Shown here one piece after another: positions 14,346 through 14,347 of a stretch of DNA of 14,347 nt (positions are counted from its first letter, which is position 1; every line of letters begins with the position of its first letter). Below the pieces are notes generated by a model, which had not been told where the DNA came from, made no database searches, and saw only the letters and a list, made by a program, of their open reading frames with translations. The stretch comes from Candidatus Iainarchaeum sp. GTDB taxonomy: Archaea; Iainarchaeota; Iainarchaeia; Iainarchaeales; Iainarchaeaceae. The position numbers were made by a program, and so were the translations under genes. Location: contig JAWANB010000025.1 of the NCBI GenBank assembly GCA_038895675.1, positions 1 to 14,347 on the forward strand, in the 5' to 3' direction.

Positions 14346-14347
14346 GT

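Noticed and set aside
1..14347. CRISPR array, tRNA/rRNA, IS element, DGR template/variable repeat, or ORB-type replication origin
   Set aside because: No regularly spaced repeats, cloverleaf, transposase, reverse transcriptase, long near-identical repeat, cdc6 gene or ORB G-string was seen by eye. A covariance-model and self-alignment scan would be needed to exclude weak cases.

Overview
Archaeal chromosomal segment, most likely from a DPANN lineage of the Iainarchaeota (Diapherotrites)/Micrarchaeota type. This is an inference from the stand-alone PriL, the S-layer family and overall gene content. The left part is a replication/repair cluster: two diverged PCNA sliding-clamp paralogues flanking an inverted rpiB, then priL and an endonuclease Q with a C-terminal PIP box and an altered first metal ligand. 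The middle has a winged-HTH fusion protein and a 1026-aa S-layer gene with a clear promoter, a structured leader, an SD site and a hairpin terminator. The right part has a tightly linked trio (membrane-anchored unknown protein, processive GT2 glycosyltransferase, membrane-anchored CxxC thioredoxin-fold protein), then aRF1, truD and the 3' end of a convergent gene. No RNA genes, CRISPR arrays or mobile elements were seen. The most notable signals are the dual-PCNA/EndoQ locus, a single palindromic TATA box exactly centred between two divergent start codons, alternative SD/anti-SD folding in the S-layer leader, the putative surface-polysaccharide trio, and a strong T/G strand skew with a local inversion.
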